Made by a program: the position numbers and the translations under genes
Shown: positions 1 to 9,104 of the stretch, one piece after another
Numbering within the stretch: position 1 is the stretch's first letter
How the letters are laid out: each line of letters opens with the position of its first letter
NCBI GenBank assembly: GCA_945907045.1
Contig: CAMDSH010000019.1
Coordinates: 649 to 64,648, forward strand
Direction of reading: 5' to 3'
From: Rhizobium sp. Q54
GTDB lineage: Bacteria > Pseudomonadota > Alphaproteobacteria > Rhizobiales > Xanthobacteraceae
DNA: 64,000 nucleotides
Notes under the pieces: model-generated
Seen by the model: only the letters and a program-made list of their open reading frames with translations
Databases searched by the model: none
Told to the model about the DNA's origin: nothing

Positions 1-320
1 TCTTGCGCGTTGAGCGCGAGGCGCTCGACCAGCACATATTGCGATACCAGCTGCTGGACGTGATTGCGGATTTCCTCTTCGGGGAGTTTTTCCAGCGCGG
101 AAAGATTGATTTCCTCGATCAACCGGCGGTGCAAACGCACCTTGGCGTCGAGCAACTTGTCGCTGAGCAGCGGATTGGAAGCCTGCTGCGCGGGCGCGGA
201 GGGCTCCGCCGGCGATTCCGGGAACACCGTCCACGACACGCCTTCGAGCGCCGAGGGCGACGGTTCCTCGATCACCGGATCGGGCGCAGCAATTCGTTTT
301 GCGGTGAAACGGCCGGCCAT
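1..320 (-). CDS. cpaF: Tad/Flp pilus ATPase CpaF/TadA, N-terminal fragment (gene continues beyond window start)
   Basis: Reverse-strand ATG at 318-320 opens MAGRFTAKRIAAPDPVIEE...LLDAKVRLHRRLIEEINLSALEKLPEEEIRNHVQQLVSQYVLVERLALNAQ, the helical N-terminus typical of CpaF. It lies 40 nt after the cpaE stop. It is absent from the ORF track because it has no in-window stop. Confidence 0.8.
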   Translation of the reverse strand, partial: MAGRFTAKRIAAPDPVIEEPSPSALEGVSWTVFPESPAEPSAPAQQASNPLLSDKLLDAKVRLHRRLIEEINLSALEKLPEEEIRNHVQQLVSQYVLVERLALNAQ

Positions 321-360
321 TTTTTTATCTCAAGTCCTTGTTGTCCGGCGTTTGCCCGCG

Positions 361-1581
361 TCAGCGCGCGAGCGAGAATTTGAGTTTTTTGAGGATCTGC
401 GTTGCCTGCGGAGCGGCCACTTTGGCGGCCACCTGCGGGAGTACCAGCTTCTTGAGCTGCTGCGTGATCTTGTTGCCGGGCTTGACCTCGTCGAGCGGAA
501 CGCCGCGGTCGATCGCCTCACGCACAAGATTGTAGTGGTTCGGAATATCGGCGGCGAAAGAATCGCCGAGCGTCTGCTGCAAATCGGCGCGGCGCAGACC
601 GGGCGAGAACATCTTCTGCTGGAAACGGTTGACGATGACCTGCGGCTTCGGTCCGTCAGGCATTCGTTCCTTGATCGCATTCACGAGCTGCTTGGCGTGG
701 CGCAGGCCGGGCACCGTCGTTTCGCTGACGATGAACAACTTGTTGGAGCCGAGCAGCACGCTGTCGGTCCAGGAGAACCAGGTGCGCGGCATGTCGAACA
801 CAACGTAGTCGAAATTGGTCGAAACCAGATCGAGCAGGCGCGTCACCATTTCCGGATCGAACGAGCGCATCTCAGCCGGACGATTCGGCGCGGCGATCAC
901 GGCAAGACCGGACGAATGGTGCGAGAGCATGACTTCGAGCAGCTGGCGGTCGAGCCGCTCCGGGCGGCCTTCGATTTCGCCGAGATCGAGACGCGGTTCG
1001 AGGTCGAGATAATCGGCGACCGCGCCGTGCTGGAAATCCAGATCCACAAGGCACGTCGACGCGCGCACGCGCTGGCCGCTGTTGAGCAGCAGCATCGCGG
1101 TCTGCACGGCGAGCGTGGTGACACCTGCGCCGCCGACGGCGGGCAAGAAGGTATAAATCTGCGCCTCGGTCGCTTCATTGCCGGCTTGGCCCTTGGCGAC
1201 GCGCGCGCAAGCGCGCACCAGCTCAAGCGGCGAGACCGGCTTTACCAGAAAGTCGGCAACGCGCATCTGCAACAGCATGCGCGCGACGTTTTCATCGAAC
1301 GCCTGCGTGACCACAACGACCGGCGGCCATCCGGCGCGAACCATCAGCCGCTGCAGCGCCTGCATCTCTGCATCGCCAGCGTCGAGATCGATCACGATGA
1401 CGGTCGCGCCCGCAACATCAAGCGTATCCGCTACGGAAACGAGCGTTCCGGAGACGACACGCAGATCGATCTGCGCGCCGGCGCCGAAGGTCGTGCGCGC
1501 CGATTGCTCAAAGGCAGAATCGGCGGTGAGCACCACCACGCGGGTCTTGTCGGCTGCGCTGTTGGGTCGGCTTATGCGCAT
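361..1581 (-). CDS. cpaE: Tad/Flp pilus assembly protein CpaE/TadZ (receiver-like N-domain + ParA/MinD-like domain)
   Basis: 406-aa ORF. N-terminal receiver-like fold (VVVLTAD...VIVIDLD...FLVKP) followed by a MinD-like domain with an atypical P-loop (AVGGAGVTTLAVQTA). Sits between the secretin/lipoprotein genes and cpaF. Confidence 0.88.
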   Translation of the reverse strand: MRISRPNSAADKTRVVVLTADSAFEQSARTTFGAGAQIDLRVVSGTLVSVADTLDVAGATVIVIDLDAGDAEMQALQRLMVRAGWPPVVVVTQAFDENVARMLLQMRVADFLVKPVSPLELVRACARVAKGQAGNEATEAQIYTFLPAVGGAGVTTLAVQTAMLLLNSGQRVRASTCLVDLDFQHGAVADYLDLEPRLDLGEIEGRPERLDRQLLEVMLSHHSSGLAVIAAPNRPAEMRSFDPEMVTRLLDLVSTNFDYVVFDMPRTWFSWTDSVLLGSNKLFIVSETTVPGLRHAKQLVNAIKERMPDGPKPQVIVNRFQQKMFSPGLRRADLQQTLGDSFAADIPNHYNLVREAIDRGVPLDEVKPGNKITQQLKKLVLPQVAAKVAAPQATQILKKLKFSLAR

Positions 1582-1593
1582 CGGTTCAACTCG

Positions 1594-1971
1594 TTACTTG
1601 ACCGCCGGCAGCGGCGGGCTGTTTGAAGTCGTGGGCGCCGAGTTCGAGGCCGCGTTGGCGCTCTGCTGCGCCTGCTGATAAGCGGTTGAACTGGTCGTTG
1701 CGTTGGTCGGCGGGATCACGCGATTGGTGCGATAGCGCTCCACCGCCGTCTGCATCTTGGCGCCGTTCGAGACGATGTCGCGGTTGGCGCTGTCCTTCGG
1801 CCACGGATCGACCATCTGCGTGACATCGTTTGATGCGCGTGCATCGCCGGTGGTCAGCCCAATCATGTCGCGGCGGTCGTAATAGATGTCCGAGCATCCG
1901 CCGAGCAGCACGCCGAGCGCGAGCGCCGGAGCGATCACGCGCAGCGCTAATGCATTACTGGACTTCGGCAT
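1594..1971 (-). CDS. small Tad-locus lipoprotein (CpaD position), function unknown
   Basis: 125-aa ORF with signal peptide plus lipobox (LLGGC|S) and a Ser/Thr/Ala/Asn-rich tail. Its start overlaps the cpaC stop by 17 nt. Much shorter than classical CpaD. Confidence 0.7.
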   Translation of the reverse strand: MPKSSNALALRVIAPALALGVLLGGCSDIYYDRRDMIGLTTGDARASNDVTQMVDPWPKDSANRDIVSNGAKMQTAVERYRTNRVIPPTNATTSSTAYQQAQQSANAASNSAPTTSNSPPLPAVK

Positions 1972-3565
1972 TGGCGCCTCCCGTCGGAAGATCGATCATG
2001 TGGCCGGTGAAAGGACGGCTGCTGCCGATGGCGACGCGCGCCATCGCCGGCGTCAGTTCGTGTTTGCCCATCAGGAAGAAGTCCGTGTCGTTGGGCGGCT
2101 GCGTGTTATCGAGCGGCGTCTTGATGGTGTCGCCGGGCCGCGCCGGGCGCACGAGGCGCGGCGTGACGATGATGGCCAAATCGGTCTCGTTCTTCTGGTA
2201 CTGCGCGCTGCGGAACAGCGCACCGAGCACCGGCACGTCGCCCAGCCACGGAAGCTGCTGCGCGGCGGTCTGACCCTGGCTCTGCAACAAGCCGCCGATG
2301 ACGAAGCTCTGTCCGTCGCGCAGCTCGACCGTGGTCGAGGCGCGGCGCACGATCAGCGGCGGAACCGAGATGCCGCCCACCGTCACCGGATGACTGGTGT
2401 CGAGCTGGCTCACCTCCGGCTCGATCTTGAGATTGATCAGGCCCTGGGCAAGCACGGTCGGCGTGAACGCGAGACCGACGCCGTAACGCTTGTAATCGAT
2501 GGTGACCTGTCCGAGCGCACCCGGCACCGGCACCGGAAACTCGCCGCCGGCGAGGAAGCTGGCGGTGTCGCCCGAAAGCGCCACGAGATTGGGTTCGGCC
2601 AGGCTGCGCGCGATGCCTTTTTGTTCGAGCGCGTTGATCAGCACGTCGGCCGACATGCCGCCGGCGATCAATTTACCGATCATGAAACCAAACGGCGCGG
2701 TGCCCGAAAGCACGCCCGCCGCGACCACCGGCGAGATCGTCGCCGCGGAAGCCGCGATGTTCGGGCCGCCGACGGTCGGCGTCGTCGCGTTCGGCTGATC
2801 GAACGTGCGGCCGTTGGTGATCGGCAGCTGGCTGGCGTTGGTGCGATCGCCGATATTGGCGAGCGCGCGGCCATTGTTGGAGAACATGTTCCACTGCACG
2901 CCGAGTTCACGGCCGGCGGTGCGCGAGACTTCGACGAAACGCACTTCCAGCATGACCTGCTGCGGCTGGTTGACTGAAACCGCATTGATGATGTCCGGGC
3001 CGAACTGGCGCGCGATGGTGACCGCCTTGTCGAGCGTCACCGCGTCGGCGACCGAGCCGGAGAGCATGATGCGGCCGTTGACCGAGGACGCCGAGATCTT
3101 CGATTCCGGGAACCGGCGCATCAGTTCATTCGACAGCCGCGTGATGTCGTAGGACACCTCGACATCGAAAATACCGACCAGCTTCTTGCCTTCGGCGTAA
3201 ACCGACACGCGCGTGGTGCCGACCTTCTTGCCGAGAATCGAGAGCGAATGATCGGTGAGCGGATTGACATCCGCGACTTCCGGATCGCCGACCATGACAT
3301 CGACGAAACTTTCGCCGGTGCGTACGTCCTGCGACTTGCCGATCGCGACCGTGACCATCGCGGTGCGGTTCTTGCCGCTGATCTGGATGGTCTTGTACTG
3401 CGCGTGCGCGTCGCCAATGACACACAACAGCGATGCCGCGAGAGCGATCGCCAGGGCCATCGCGAGATCGCGCAACCACGATCCGCGCTTTGAGTTCCCG
3501 TCCGGACGCCTCCAGGCAAAACCTTCGCAGGCTTCGCGCGCGGCGTAGTCATTATTGTTATTCAC
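1955..3565 (-). CDS. cpaC: Tad/Flp pilus secretin CpaC/RcpA
   Basis: 536 aa. Signal-like segment (ALAIALAASLLCVIGDAHA), BON-like N-region, and secretin C-domain motifs (VPVLGALFRS...ETDLAIIVTPRLV). GTG start at 3565 preceded by GGGGAGAG. Confidence 0.9.
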   Translation of the reverse strand: MNNNNDYAAREACEGFAWRRPDGNSKRGSWLRDLAMALAIALAASLLCVIGDAHAQYKTIQISGKNRTAMVTVAIGKSQDVRTGESFVDVMVGDPEVADVNPLTDHSLSILGKKVGTTRVSVYAEGKKLVGIFDVEVSYDITRLSNELMRRFPESKISASSVNGRIMLSGSVADAVTLDKAVTIARQFGPDIINAVSVNQPQQVMLEVRFVEVSRTAGRELGVQWNMFSNNGRALANIGDRTNASQLPITNGRTFDQPNATTPTVGGPNIAASAATISPVVAAGVLSGTAPFGFMIGKLIAGGMSADVLINALEQKGIARSLAEPNLVALSGDTASFLAGGEFPVPVPGALGQVTIDYKRYGVGLAFTPTVLAQGLINLKIEPEVSQLDTSHPVTVGGISVPPLIVRRASTTVELRDGQSFVIGGLLQSQGQTAAQQLPWLGDVPVLGALFRSAQYQKNETDLAIIVTPRLVRPARPGDTIKTPLDNTQPPNDTDFFLMGKHELTPAMARVAIGSSRPFTGHMIDLPTGGANAEVQ

Positions 3566-3602
3566 GACACTCTCCCCAACCCCAGTTATTCCCCAGGTCG
3601 AT

Positions 3603-4469
3603 TTACTGAGTTACTTGCCTCCGCCCCGTCGAAGCGACCACCCCACTTTGGCCCTCGATCGGTACGCTGTATTCCTGCTTCGCCGACGCCCGCGTCACCA
3701 CGATGGTGGCGCTGTCGCCTTTCTTCTCGTCGGACAGCACATCGCTGCCGAGATCCTTGAGCGAAATCTTGCGCGTCTTCTCCGCGTCGTTTTCGCCGGC
3801 CTTGCGCAGCAGCAGCGAAAGACTGCCGACGGACGACGCCAGCCAAACTTTTTGCGCATCGACGGTGCCGACTTCGAGCGTCACGGACTTTGCGACGGTC
3901 GCCTTGGCGGCGCGCTCGTCAGCGCTCTGGTCGATGGCGAGAACGCGGGTATTCTGCAAAACCACTTCCGTGGTGGCGGAACCTTTGTCGATCTGGCGCG
4001 TGAGCACCACATCGACGCGATCACCCGGCAGCACAAAGCCGCCGACGCCTTCAACGTCATTGACGCGAATGGTGACGGCCTTCATTCCCGGCGCGACGAG
4101 CGCCGACAACGTGGCGCGCTGACCGGCGCCGGTAATCTTGAGTGCGAGCACGGGCTCGTTGGCTTCGATCGCCGCGAGCACGACGCGGCGGCCGCCGTTG
4201 AGCATTTCCGCGACGGTGGCGAAGGCGCCTGCCGGCAGGGCTTCCGCCGGCCACGTCACTTCCTGCAACACCGCGGCGTTGAGTTCGGTGCCGAAGCGTA
4301 ACGGCTGCTTGGCAACCACGACGGTTTGCGTCGCGACCTGCTTCTTATTGGCCTCGAGATTCTTCGCCCGCATGTCGGCCTGGTTGTTGAGCCAGGCCTG
4401 CGAGATGAAGACCGCGAGCAAGCCGAAAACGACGGCAAACCCGATCATGACAATGGTGCTGGCACGCAC
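3603..4469 (-). CDS. cpaB: Flp pilus assembly protein CpaB/RcpC (SAF domain)
   Basis: 288 aa. N-terminal TM helix (IVMIGFAVVFGLLAVFISQAW), then a SAF/RcpC-like region (VVVAKQPLRFGTEL...). First gene of the visible operon. GTG start. Confidence 0.88.
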   Translation of the reverse strand: MRASTIVMIGFAVVFGLLAVFISQAWLNNQADMRAKNLEANKKQVATQTVVVAKQPLRFGTELNAAVLQEVTWPAEALPAGAFATVAEMLNGGRRVVLAAIEANEPVLALKITGAGQRATLSALVAPGMKAVTIRVNDVEGVGGFVLPGDRVDVVLTRQIDKGSATTEVVLQNTRVLAIDQSADERAAKATVAKSVTLEVGTVDAQKVWLASSVGSLSLLLRKAGENDAEKTRKISLKDLGSDVLSDEKKGDSATIVVTRASAKQEYSVPIEGQSGVVASTGRRQVTQ

Positions 4470-4931
4470 GGCTTACATCCTGTCCAACGCAACCGAAAAA
4501 TTTTCTCCGGTCTTGTGTACCGAGTATATGTTGGGAGGAAGTATTCAATTGATGAAACTGTACCGGGTTCTCGGTCTATGCTGAAAAGTGCCTGAATTCC
4601 TATTGTTTATGAAAGGTGTCTAGCCTTGGCTCAACTTTAGAGTAACCTTTAAGCTCGTTAAGAATACGCGGGCGCGTACGCCAATATTGTAATCATCTGT
4701 TTAGCCTAACGAGGTGCTACCGCTTCGCCACGTGGAACGCGGCGCGGAAACAGCGGACAAATCTTCGCCCATTCGAATGAGCCACAAGAATCCGCGTGCA
4801 ATCGTGCGCTTTCGCCGCGCCGGTGGCGTTGCCCGCACGGCGCGGTTGCGGCAACATGCCGGCGAATTTGCCGGGCCAGGCGTTGGGTGGCAGCCAGCTC
4901 GCAATCAATGCCATTTGGGAGAAAGCGGCCG

Positions 4932-5591
4932 ATGTCGAAACCTCGTATTAGCTATGTCGATCCGGCGAACGTGAAGGACGCCAAGATGCGCGCCGAATTC
5001 GAGCGTTGCGCGCGCGAAGGCACCCCGCGGCCGGAAAGCCAGGCCGTGCGCGCGCATGTGCCGGCGACCTTCTGGTCGTTCGCAAACACATGGCACGACG
5101 TGTTTCACACCGGCGTCGCCGATCACAACATCAAGGAGCTGTGCCGCATCTACGTCTCGCGTTCCGTGCTCTGCGAGTTCTGCGGCAACCAGCGTTCGAT
5201 GAAATCGGCCAAGGCCGGATTGATCGAGGAAGACTATCGCGACCTGATCAACTTCGAGTCTTCGACGCGCTACAACGAAAAGCAGAAAGCGGCGCTCTCT
5301 TACGCCGAAGCGATCACCTGGGACCTGCCGACCGACGATGCGTTCTGGGCGCGGCTGCACAAGAATTTCAACGAGCCGGAACTGGTTGAGATCGGCTATT
5401 TCATCGCCATCACAATGGGCCAGCAGCGCTGGCTGCGCACGCTTAACATCGAGCATCACCAGATTCTGGCGGGCAGCGACGGCTCGATGGCGCCCGGCTT
5501 CAAGACCGAAGAAGAACTCAAGCAATCCAAGCAGGCCGCCGACTACTGGGCGAAGGTCGCGCCGAAACCTTCCTCGCAGGCCGCGGAGTGA
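4932..5591 (+). CDS. carboxymuconolactone decarboxylase (CMD)/AhpD-like family protein
   Basis: ORF 4887-5591. The ATG at 4932 has a GGGAGAAAG Shine-Dalgarno. Has the CxxC motif (CEFCGNQ) and helical repeats typical of the AhpD/CMD fold. Confidence 0.75.
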   Translation: MSKPRISYVDPANVKDAKMRAEFERCAREGTPRPESQAVRAHVPATFWSFANTWHDVFHTGVADHNIKELCRIYVSRSVLCEFCGNQRSMKSAKAGLIEEDYRDLINFESSTRYNEKQKAALSYAEAITWDLPTDDAFWARLHKNFNEPELVEIGYFIAITMGQQRWLRTLNIEHHQILAGSDGSMAPGFKTEEELKQSKQAADYWAKVAPKPSSQAAE

Positions 5592-6436
5592 GCGGCGAAC
5601 GAACGGCAGTCATGACCAAGCACGAACGGCCAGCCGGCGGCGCGCCGGTGTCGAAAGACTCCGCGCGCATTCGCGTCAACGGCCTCGGCAAGCATTACGG
5701 GACGCTTGAGGTTTTCCGCAACGTCAGCTTCGACGTCGGCGAGCGCGAGATCGTCGCCATCGTCGGCCCGTCCGGCTGCGGCAAGACCACTTTGCTGCGT
5801 TGTATCGACGGATTGCTGCCGGTCGATGAGGGCGAAATCTGGTTCGACCAGCAGCGCGTCACCAGTCCGCTCCCCGGCGTCGCAATGGTGTTCCAGCACT
5901 TCGGCCTGTTTCCGTGGAAGACGGTGTACGACAACGTCGCTTATGGTTTGCGCATGGCGGGCGCGCCGCAGGCGGAGATCGACAAGCGCGTGCCGGAATT
6001 CGTCAAGCTCGTCGGACTCGCCGGTTTCGAGAAGGCTTACCCTTATCAAATTTCCGGCGGCATGCAGCAGCGCTGCGGACTGGCGCGTGCGCTCGCGGTC
6101 GAACCAAGCGTGCTGCTGATGGACGAGCCGTTCGCCGCGGTGGACGCGCAGACGCGCGAGATTTTGCAATTCGAGTTGCTGCGGATCTGGGAACAGCGCC
6201 CGACCGCGATGATTTTCGTCACGCATTCGATCGAGGAGGCGGTGCTGCTCGGCCACCGCGTCATCGTGCTGAAAGGACGGCCGAGCGGAATCTACGAGAC
6301 CATCAAGATCGAGTTGCCACACCCGCGCACCCGCGCGACGCTGCGCGAGCCGCGTTTCGCCGAATTGCGCGAAAGGGTGTGGGGCACGTTGATGGCCGAA
6401 GCACAAAAAGCTGAGTTTGAACTCGAGAAGCCGTGA
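5588..6436 (+). CDS. ABC transporter ATP-binding protein, NitT/TauT (nitrate/sulfonate/bicarbonate-type) family
   Basis: Walker A GPSGCGKTT, signature ISGGMQQR, Walker B LLLMDEPF. The GTG at 5588 overlaps the upstream stop. An alternative ATG lies at 5612. Confidence 0.9.
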   Translation: MSGERTAVMTKHERPAGGAPVSKDSARIRVNGLGKHYGTLEVFRNVSFDVGEREIVAIVGPSGCGKTTLLRCIDGLLPVDEGEIWFDQQRVTSPLPGVAMVFQHFGLFPWKTVYDNVAYGLRMAGAPQAEIDKRVPEFVKLVGLAGFEKAYPYQISGGMQQRCGLARALAVEPSVLLMDEPFAAVDAQTREILQFELLRIWEQRPTAMIFVTHSIEEAVLLGHRVIVLKGRPSGIYETIKIELPHPRTRATLREPRFAELRERVWGTLMAEAQKAEFELEKP

Positions 6437-6476
6437 TGGCGCCCCGCCAATCACGGCCGGACCTATGGAGGAGAAC

Positions 6477-7478
6477 ATGATGCGTAAATTCACGATTGCG
6501 GGCGCAGGCCTCGCAATGCTGTGCGCGGCGCTGGCAAGCCCCGCCATGGCGCAAGACAAGAAAGTCGTCATCGGAATGCCGGGCATTCCGCCGGTCTTCA
6601 CCACCGTGCAGCCTTACGTGGCGGAGAAGGAAGGCTTGTTCAAGAAATACGGCGCCAACGTCGAGTTGCGGCAATTCGACAACGGCACGGCGGCGGCGCG
6701 CGCGGTGATCGCCGGCGAAATCGACATGTCGATGTCGCCAACGCCCCCGGTCGTCAATCAGGTGTCCAACTCGGGCGCCGATATCGTGGCGATCTACGGC
6801 TGGCCCAACCCCGATTGGGTTCTCGCTTCAATCGAACCCGGCAAGACCTGCAAGGATATCGTCGGACAGGGCGTCGGCGTCGACTCAATCGGCGGCGCGC
6901 GTTCGGTCGCGCTGCGCTCGATGCTGGCGGGATGCCCCGGCGTTAAAATCGAAGACTTGCAACAGGTCGCGCTCGGCTCGCAGCCGGGCACCGCGATGCT
7001 TGCCGGCCGGCTCACTTACGGCGTGCTGCATCTCGACGATCTCGCGATGATCGAGATGCAGGGCAAGAAGCTGCATCTCATGCTGGAGATGAAGAAGACC
7101 AACCCGACCAGCCACTATCTGTCGCTGATGGTTCGCGGCGATAAATTGAAGGAAAACCGCGACGCCTATGTTCGCACTCTCGCCGCCATGATCGAAGCGG
7201 CGCGCTTCATCGCGGATGCCAAGAACGCCGACAAGGTTGCCGCGGCGGCAGCGCCGACCAGCCATTCGCCGGCCATCGCCAAGGCTGCGCTGAAGGAGTT
7301 CCTCGCCATCGACTTCTGGCCCGCGAATGAAGACGGCCTCGACCGCAAGAAAATCGAAGCCGTCATCGAACTGATGAAAAAGGTCGGCGGCATCCAGCCC
7401 GGCAAGGAAGCCGTCGCGTACGACAAGCTGGTCGATCCCAGCGTCTGGAAAGACGCCAACGCGATGGTCAAGAAGTAA
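6477..7478 (+). CDS. ABC transporter substrate-binding protein (NMT1/THI5-like), paralog 1
   Basis: ATG at 6477 preceded by GGAGGAG. Signal peptide MMRKFTIAGAGLAMLCAALASPAMA. About 60% identical by eye to the ORF at 9105-10121. Confidence 0.88.
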   Translation: MMRKFTIAGAGLAMLCAALASPAMAQDKKVVIGMPGIPPVFTTVQPYVAEKEGLFKKYGANVELRQFDNGTAAARAVIAGEIDMSMSPTPPVVNQVSNSGADIVAIYGWPNPDWVLASIEPGKTCKDIVGQGVGVDSIGGARSVALRSMLAGCPGVKIEDLQQVALGSQPGTAMLAGRLTYGVLHLDDLAMIEMQGKKLHLMLEMKKTNPTSHYLSLMVRGDKLKENRDAYVRTLAAMIEAARFIADAKNADKVAAAAAPTSHSPAIAKAALKEFLAIDFWPANEDGLDRKKIEAVIELMKKVGGIQPGKEAVAYDKLVDPSVWKDANAMVKK

Positions 7479-7505
7479 TGACGCCGTTCGTCGAGGAGTG
7501 CGCGC

Positions 7506-8258
7506 GTGCTGCGTAACACTCTCAGCCGGCGCTTGCCGTTCTTCGCGAGTCTGTTCGCTGGCATGGCGCTTTGGGAAATCGTCGGGCGGAACTCAAGTCC
7601 CGCCTTCATGGTGCCGTTGTCGGAGACGCTCGCCCGTTTCTGGCAGCTCGTCGACAACGGCCAGTTTCCCGCGCAGTTTCTCGACTCGGCGACGTTGTTT
7701 CTGACCGGCCTCGGCCTCGCGATCGTGGTCGGCATGCCGCTCGGCATGCTGCTCGCGCGCATCCCGGCCGTGCGCCTCGCGCTCGATCCCTACATCATGA
7801 CGCTCTACGCCACGCCGATGGTGGCGCTGATCCCGTTCATTCTCTCCATCATGGGCTTCGGCTTTGCGCCGAAAGTTCTGGTCGTCTTTTTGTTTGCGGT
7901 GTTTCCCGTTCTCTACAATACGGTGGAAGGCGCGCGCAGCATCAAGCCGGAATTGATCGAAGTCGCGCGCTCGTTCCGCTCCAGCGAATGGTCGCTGTGG
8001 CGCGAGGTGATGGTGCCTTACACGCTGCCGTTCTGCATGACCGGCGTGCGGCAGGCGATCGGGCGCGGTCTCGTCGGCATGGTGGCGGCGGAATTTTTCC
8101 TCAGCTCCACTGGGCTGGGACAGCTCATCATGTCGTCGTCGCAGAATTTCGACACCTCCGGGGTGTTCGCGATGATCCTGATGATCGGGCTGATCGGCGT
8201 CGGCCTGATGCGGATCGGGTCGATGATCGAAAACCATTTCGCGCGCTGGCGGGTGTAG
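7506..8258 (+). CDS. ABC transporter permease
   Basis: 250 aa, multi-TM, with the EAA-like loop of BPD-type permeases (VEGARSIKPELIEVARSF). GTG start after GAGGAG. Confidence 0.9.
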   Translation: MLRNTLSRRLPFFASLFAGMALWEIVGRNSSPAFMVPLSETLARFWQLVDNGQFPAQFLDSATLFLTGLGLAIVVGMPLGMLLARIPAVRLALDPYIMTLYATPMVALIPFILSIMGFGFAPKVLVVFLFAVFPVLYNTVEGARSIKPELIEVARSFRSSEWSLWREVMVPYTLPFCMTGVRQAIGRGLVGMVAAEFFLSSTGLGQLIMSSSQNFDTSGVFAMILMIGLIGVGLMRIGSMIENHFARWRV

Positions 8259-8261
8259 GAC

Positions 8262-9086
8262 ATGACCGAAGCCAACGCAGCGATAGGCATTCCCGCCACC
8301 AGCGCGTCCGCCGCAAAACCGAAGCGCGCCGGTAGCGCGCTTATTTCGCGGCTGATCGCGGGCGGCTGCATTCTTCTCGCCTGGGAAGTCATCGTTCGCA
8401 TGTTCGCGCCGGCTTACGTCGCCAAGCCGAGCAATATCGTCATGGTCATCCCGAAGGTGATGACCGATCCGCTTTTCTGGAATTCGACGGCGCAAACGCT
8501 CGGCGCGGTAGCACAAGGACTGATCCTTGCGCTTATCTTCGGCACCATCATCGGATTGCTGCTCGGGCGCAGCGTGACGATGGAGCGGATGCTGCGGCAT
8601 TACGTCAACGGCTTCTACGCCGTGCCGATGATCGTCATCCTGCCGCTGGTGACGCTGTGGTTCGGTTACACCGGAGCGGCGCGGCTCGCGACCATCGTTT
8701 TCGCCGCGGTGTTCTCCATCATCATCAACGTCTCCGACGGCGCACGCGCGGTGCCGCGCGAATATCTCGAAGTCGCCGCCTCGTTCCGCTCTAGCAAGCT
8801 GCGCATGTATATCGAGATCGTGCTCCCGGCAGCGACACCGTATTTCCTTGCCGGATTGCGGCTTGCAGCGGGACGCGCGCTGATCGGCGCCGTGGTGGCG
8901 GAATTCTTCGCCGCTATCGGCGGGCTCGGTCACTTCATCCTGTATAATTCGCGCACGTTCCACCACGCCGAGGCGTTCGTCGGCGTGCTTCTGCTCGCTG
9001 GCTTCGGCGTCGGCTTCGAAGTGCTGGTGAACTGGAGCACAAAGCGCTTCCTGCCGTGGTATCGTCGCGACGACAGAGGCACTTGA
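8262..9086 (+). CDS. ABC transporter permease (second subunit)
   Basis: 274 aa, multi-TM, homologous EAA loop (SDGARAVPREYLEVAASF). Starts 3 nt after the previous stop. Confidence 0.9.
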   Translation: MTEANAAIGIPATSASAAKPKRAGSALISRLIAGGCILLAWEVIVRMFAPAYVAKPSNIVMVIPKVMTDPLFWNSTAQTLGAVAQGLILALIFGTIIGLLLGRSVTMERMLRHYVNGFYAVPMIVILPLVTLWFGYTGAARLATIVFAAVFSIIINVSDGARAVPREYLEVAASFRSSKLRMYIEIVLPAATPYFLAGLRLAAGRALIGAVVAEFFAAIGGLGHFILYNSRTFHHAEAFVGVLLLAGFGVGFEVLVNWSTKRFLPWYRRDDRGT

Positions 9087-9104
9087 TCGCAGGGAGGATA
9101 AACA

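Noticed and set aside
64-1626. 520-aa plus-strand ORF covering the cpaE region
   Set aside because: It is antisense to a well-supported CpaE gene. The product is Arg/Ala/Gly-rich low-complexity sequence with no recognisable motifs, the typical stop-codon-poor antisense frame of a high-GC gene.
4530-4584. Possible Flp-pilin or leader micro-ORF (MLGGSIQLMKLYRVLGLC) behind a GGGAGGA in the cpaB upstream region
   Set aside because: It is on the strand opposite to the tad operon and only 10-18 codons long. It has no Flp G/xxxxEY processing motif or hydrophobic core, and it is AT-rich with poor GC3.
4640-4675. CtrA-box-like TTAA...TTAA in the cpaB leader
   Set aside because: The two TTAA half-sites (TTAAGCTCGTTAAG) are separated by 5 nt, not the 7 nt of the TTAA-N7-TTAAC consensus.
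4700-4931. TPP (THI-box) or other riboswitch upstream of the NMT1/THI5-like ABC operon
   Set aside because: I could not find the conserved THI-box core (CUGAGA ... ACCUGAUCUGGAUAAUGCCAGCG-like) or any other recognisable riboswitch core in the leader. A covariance-model scan (Rfam/Infernal) would be needed to exclude this formally.
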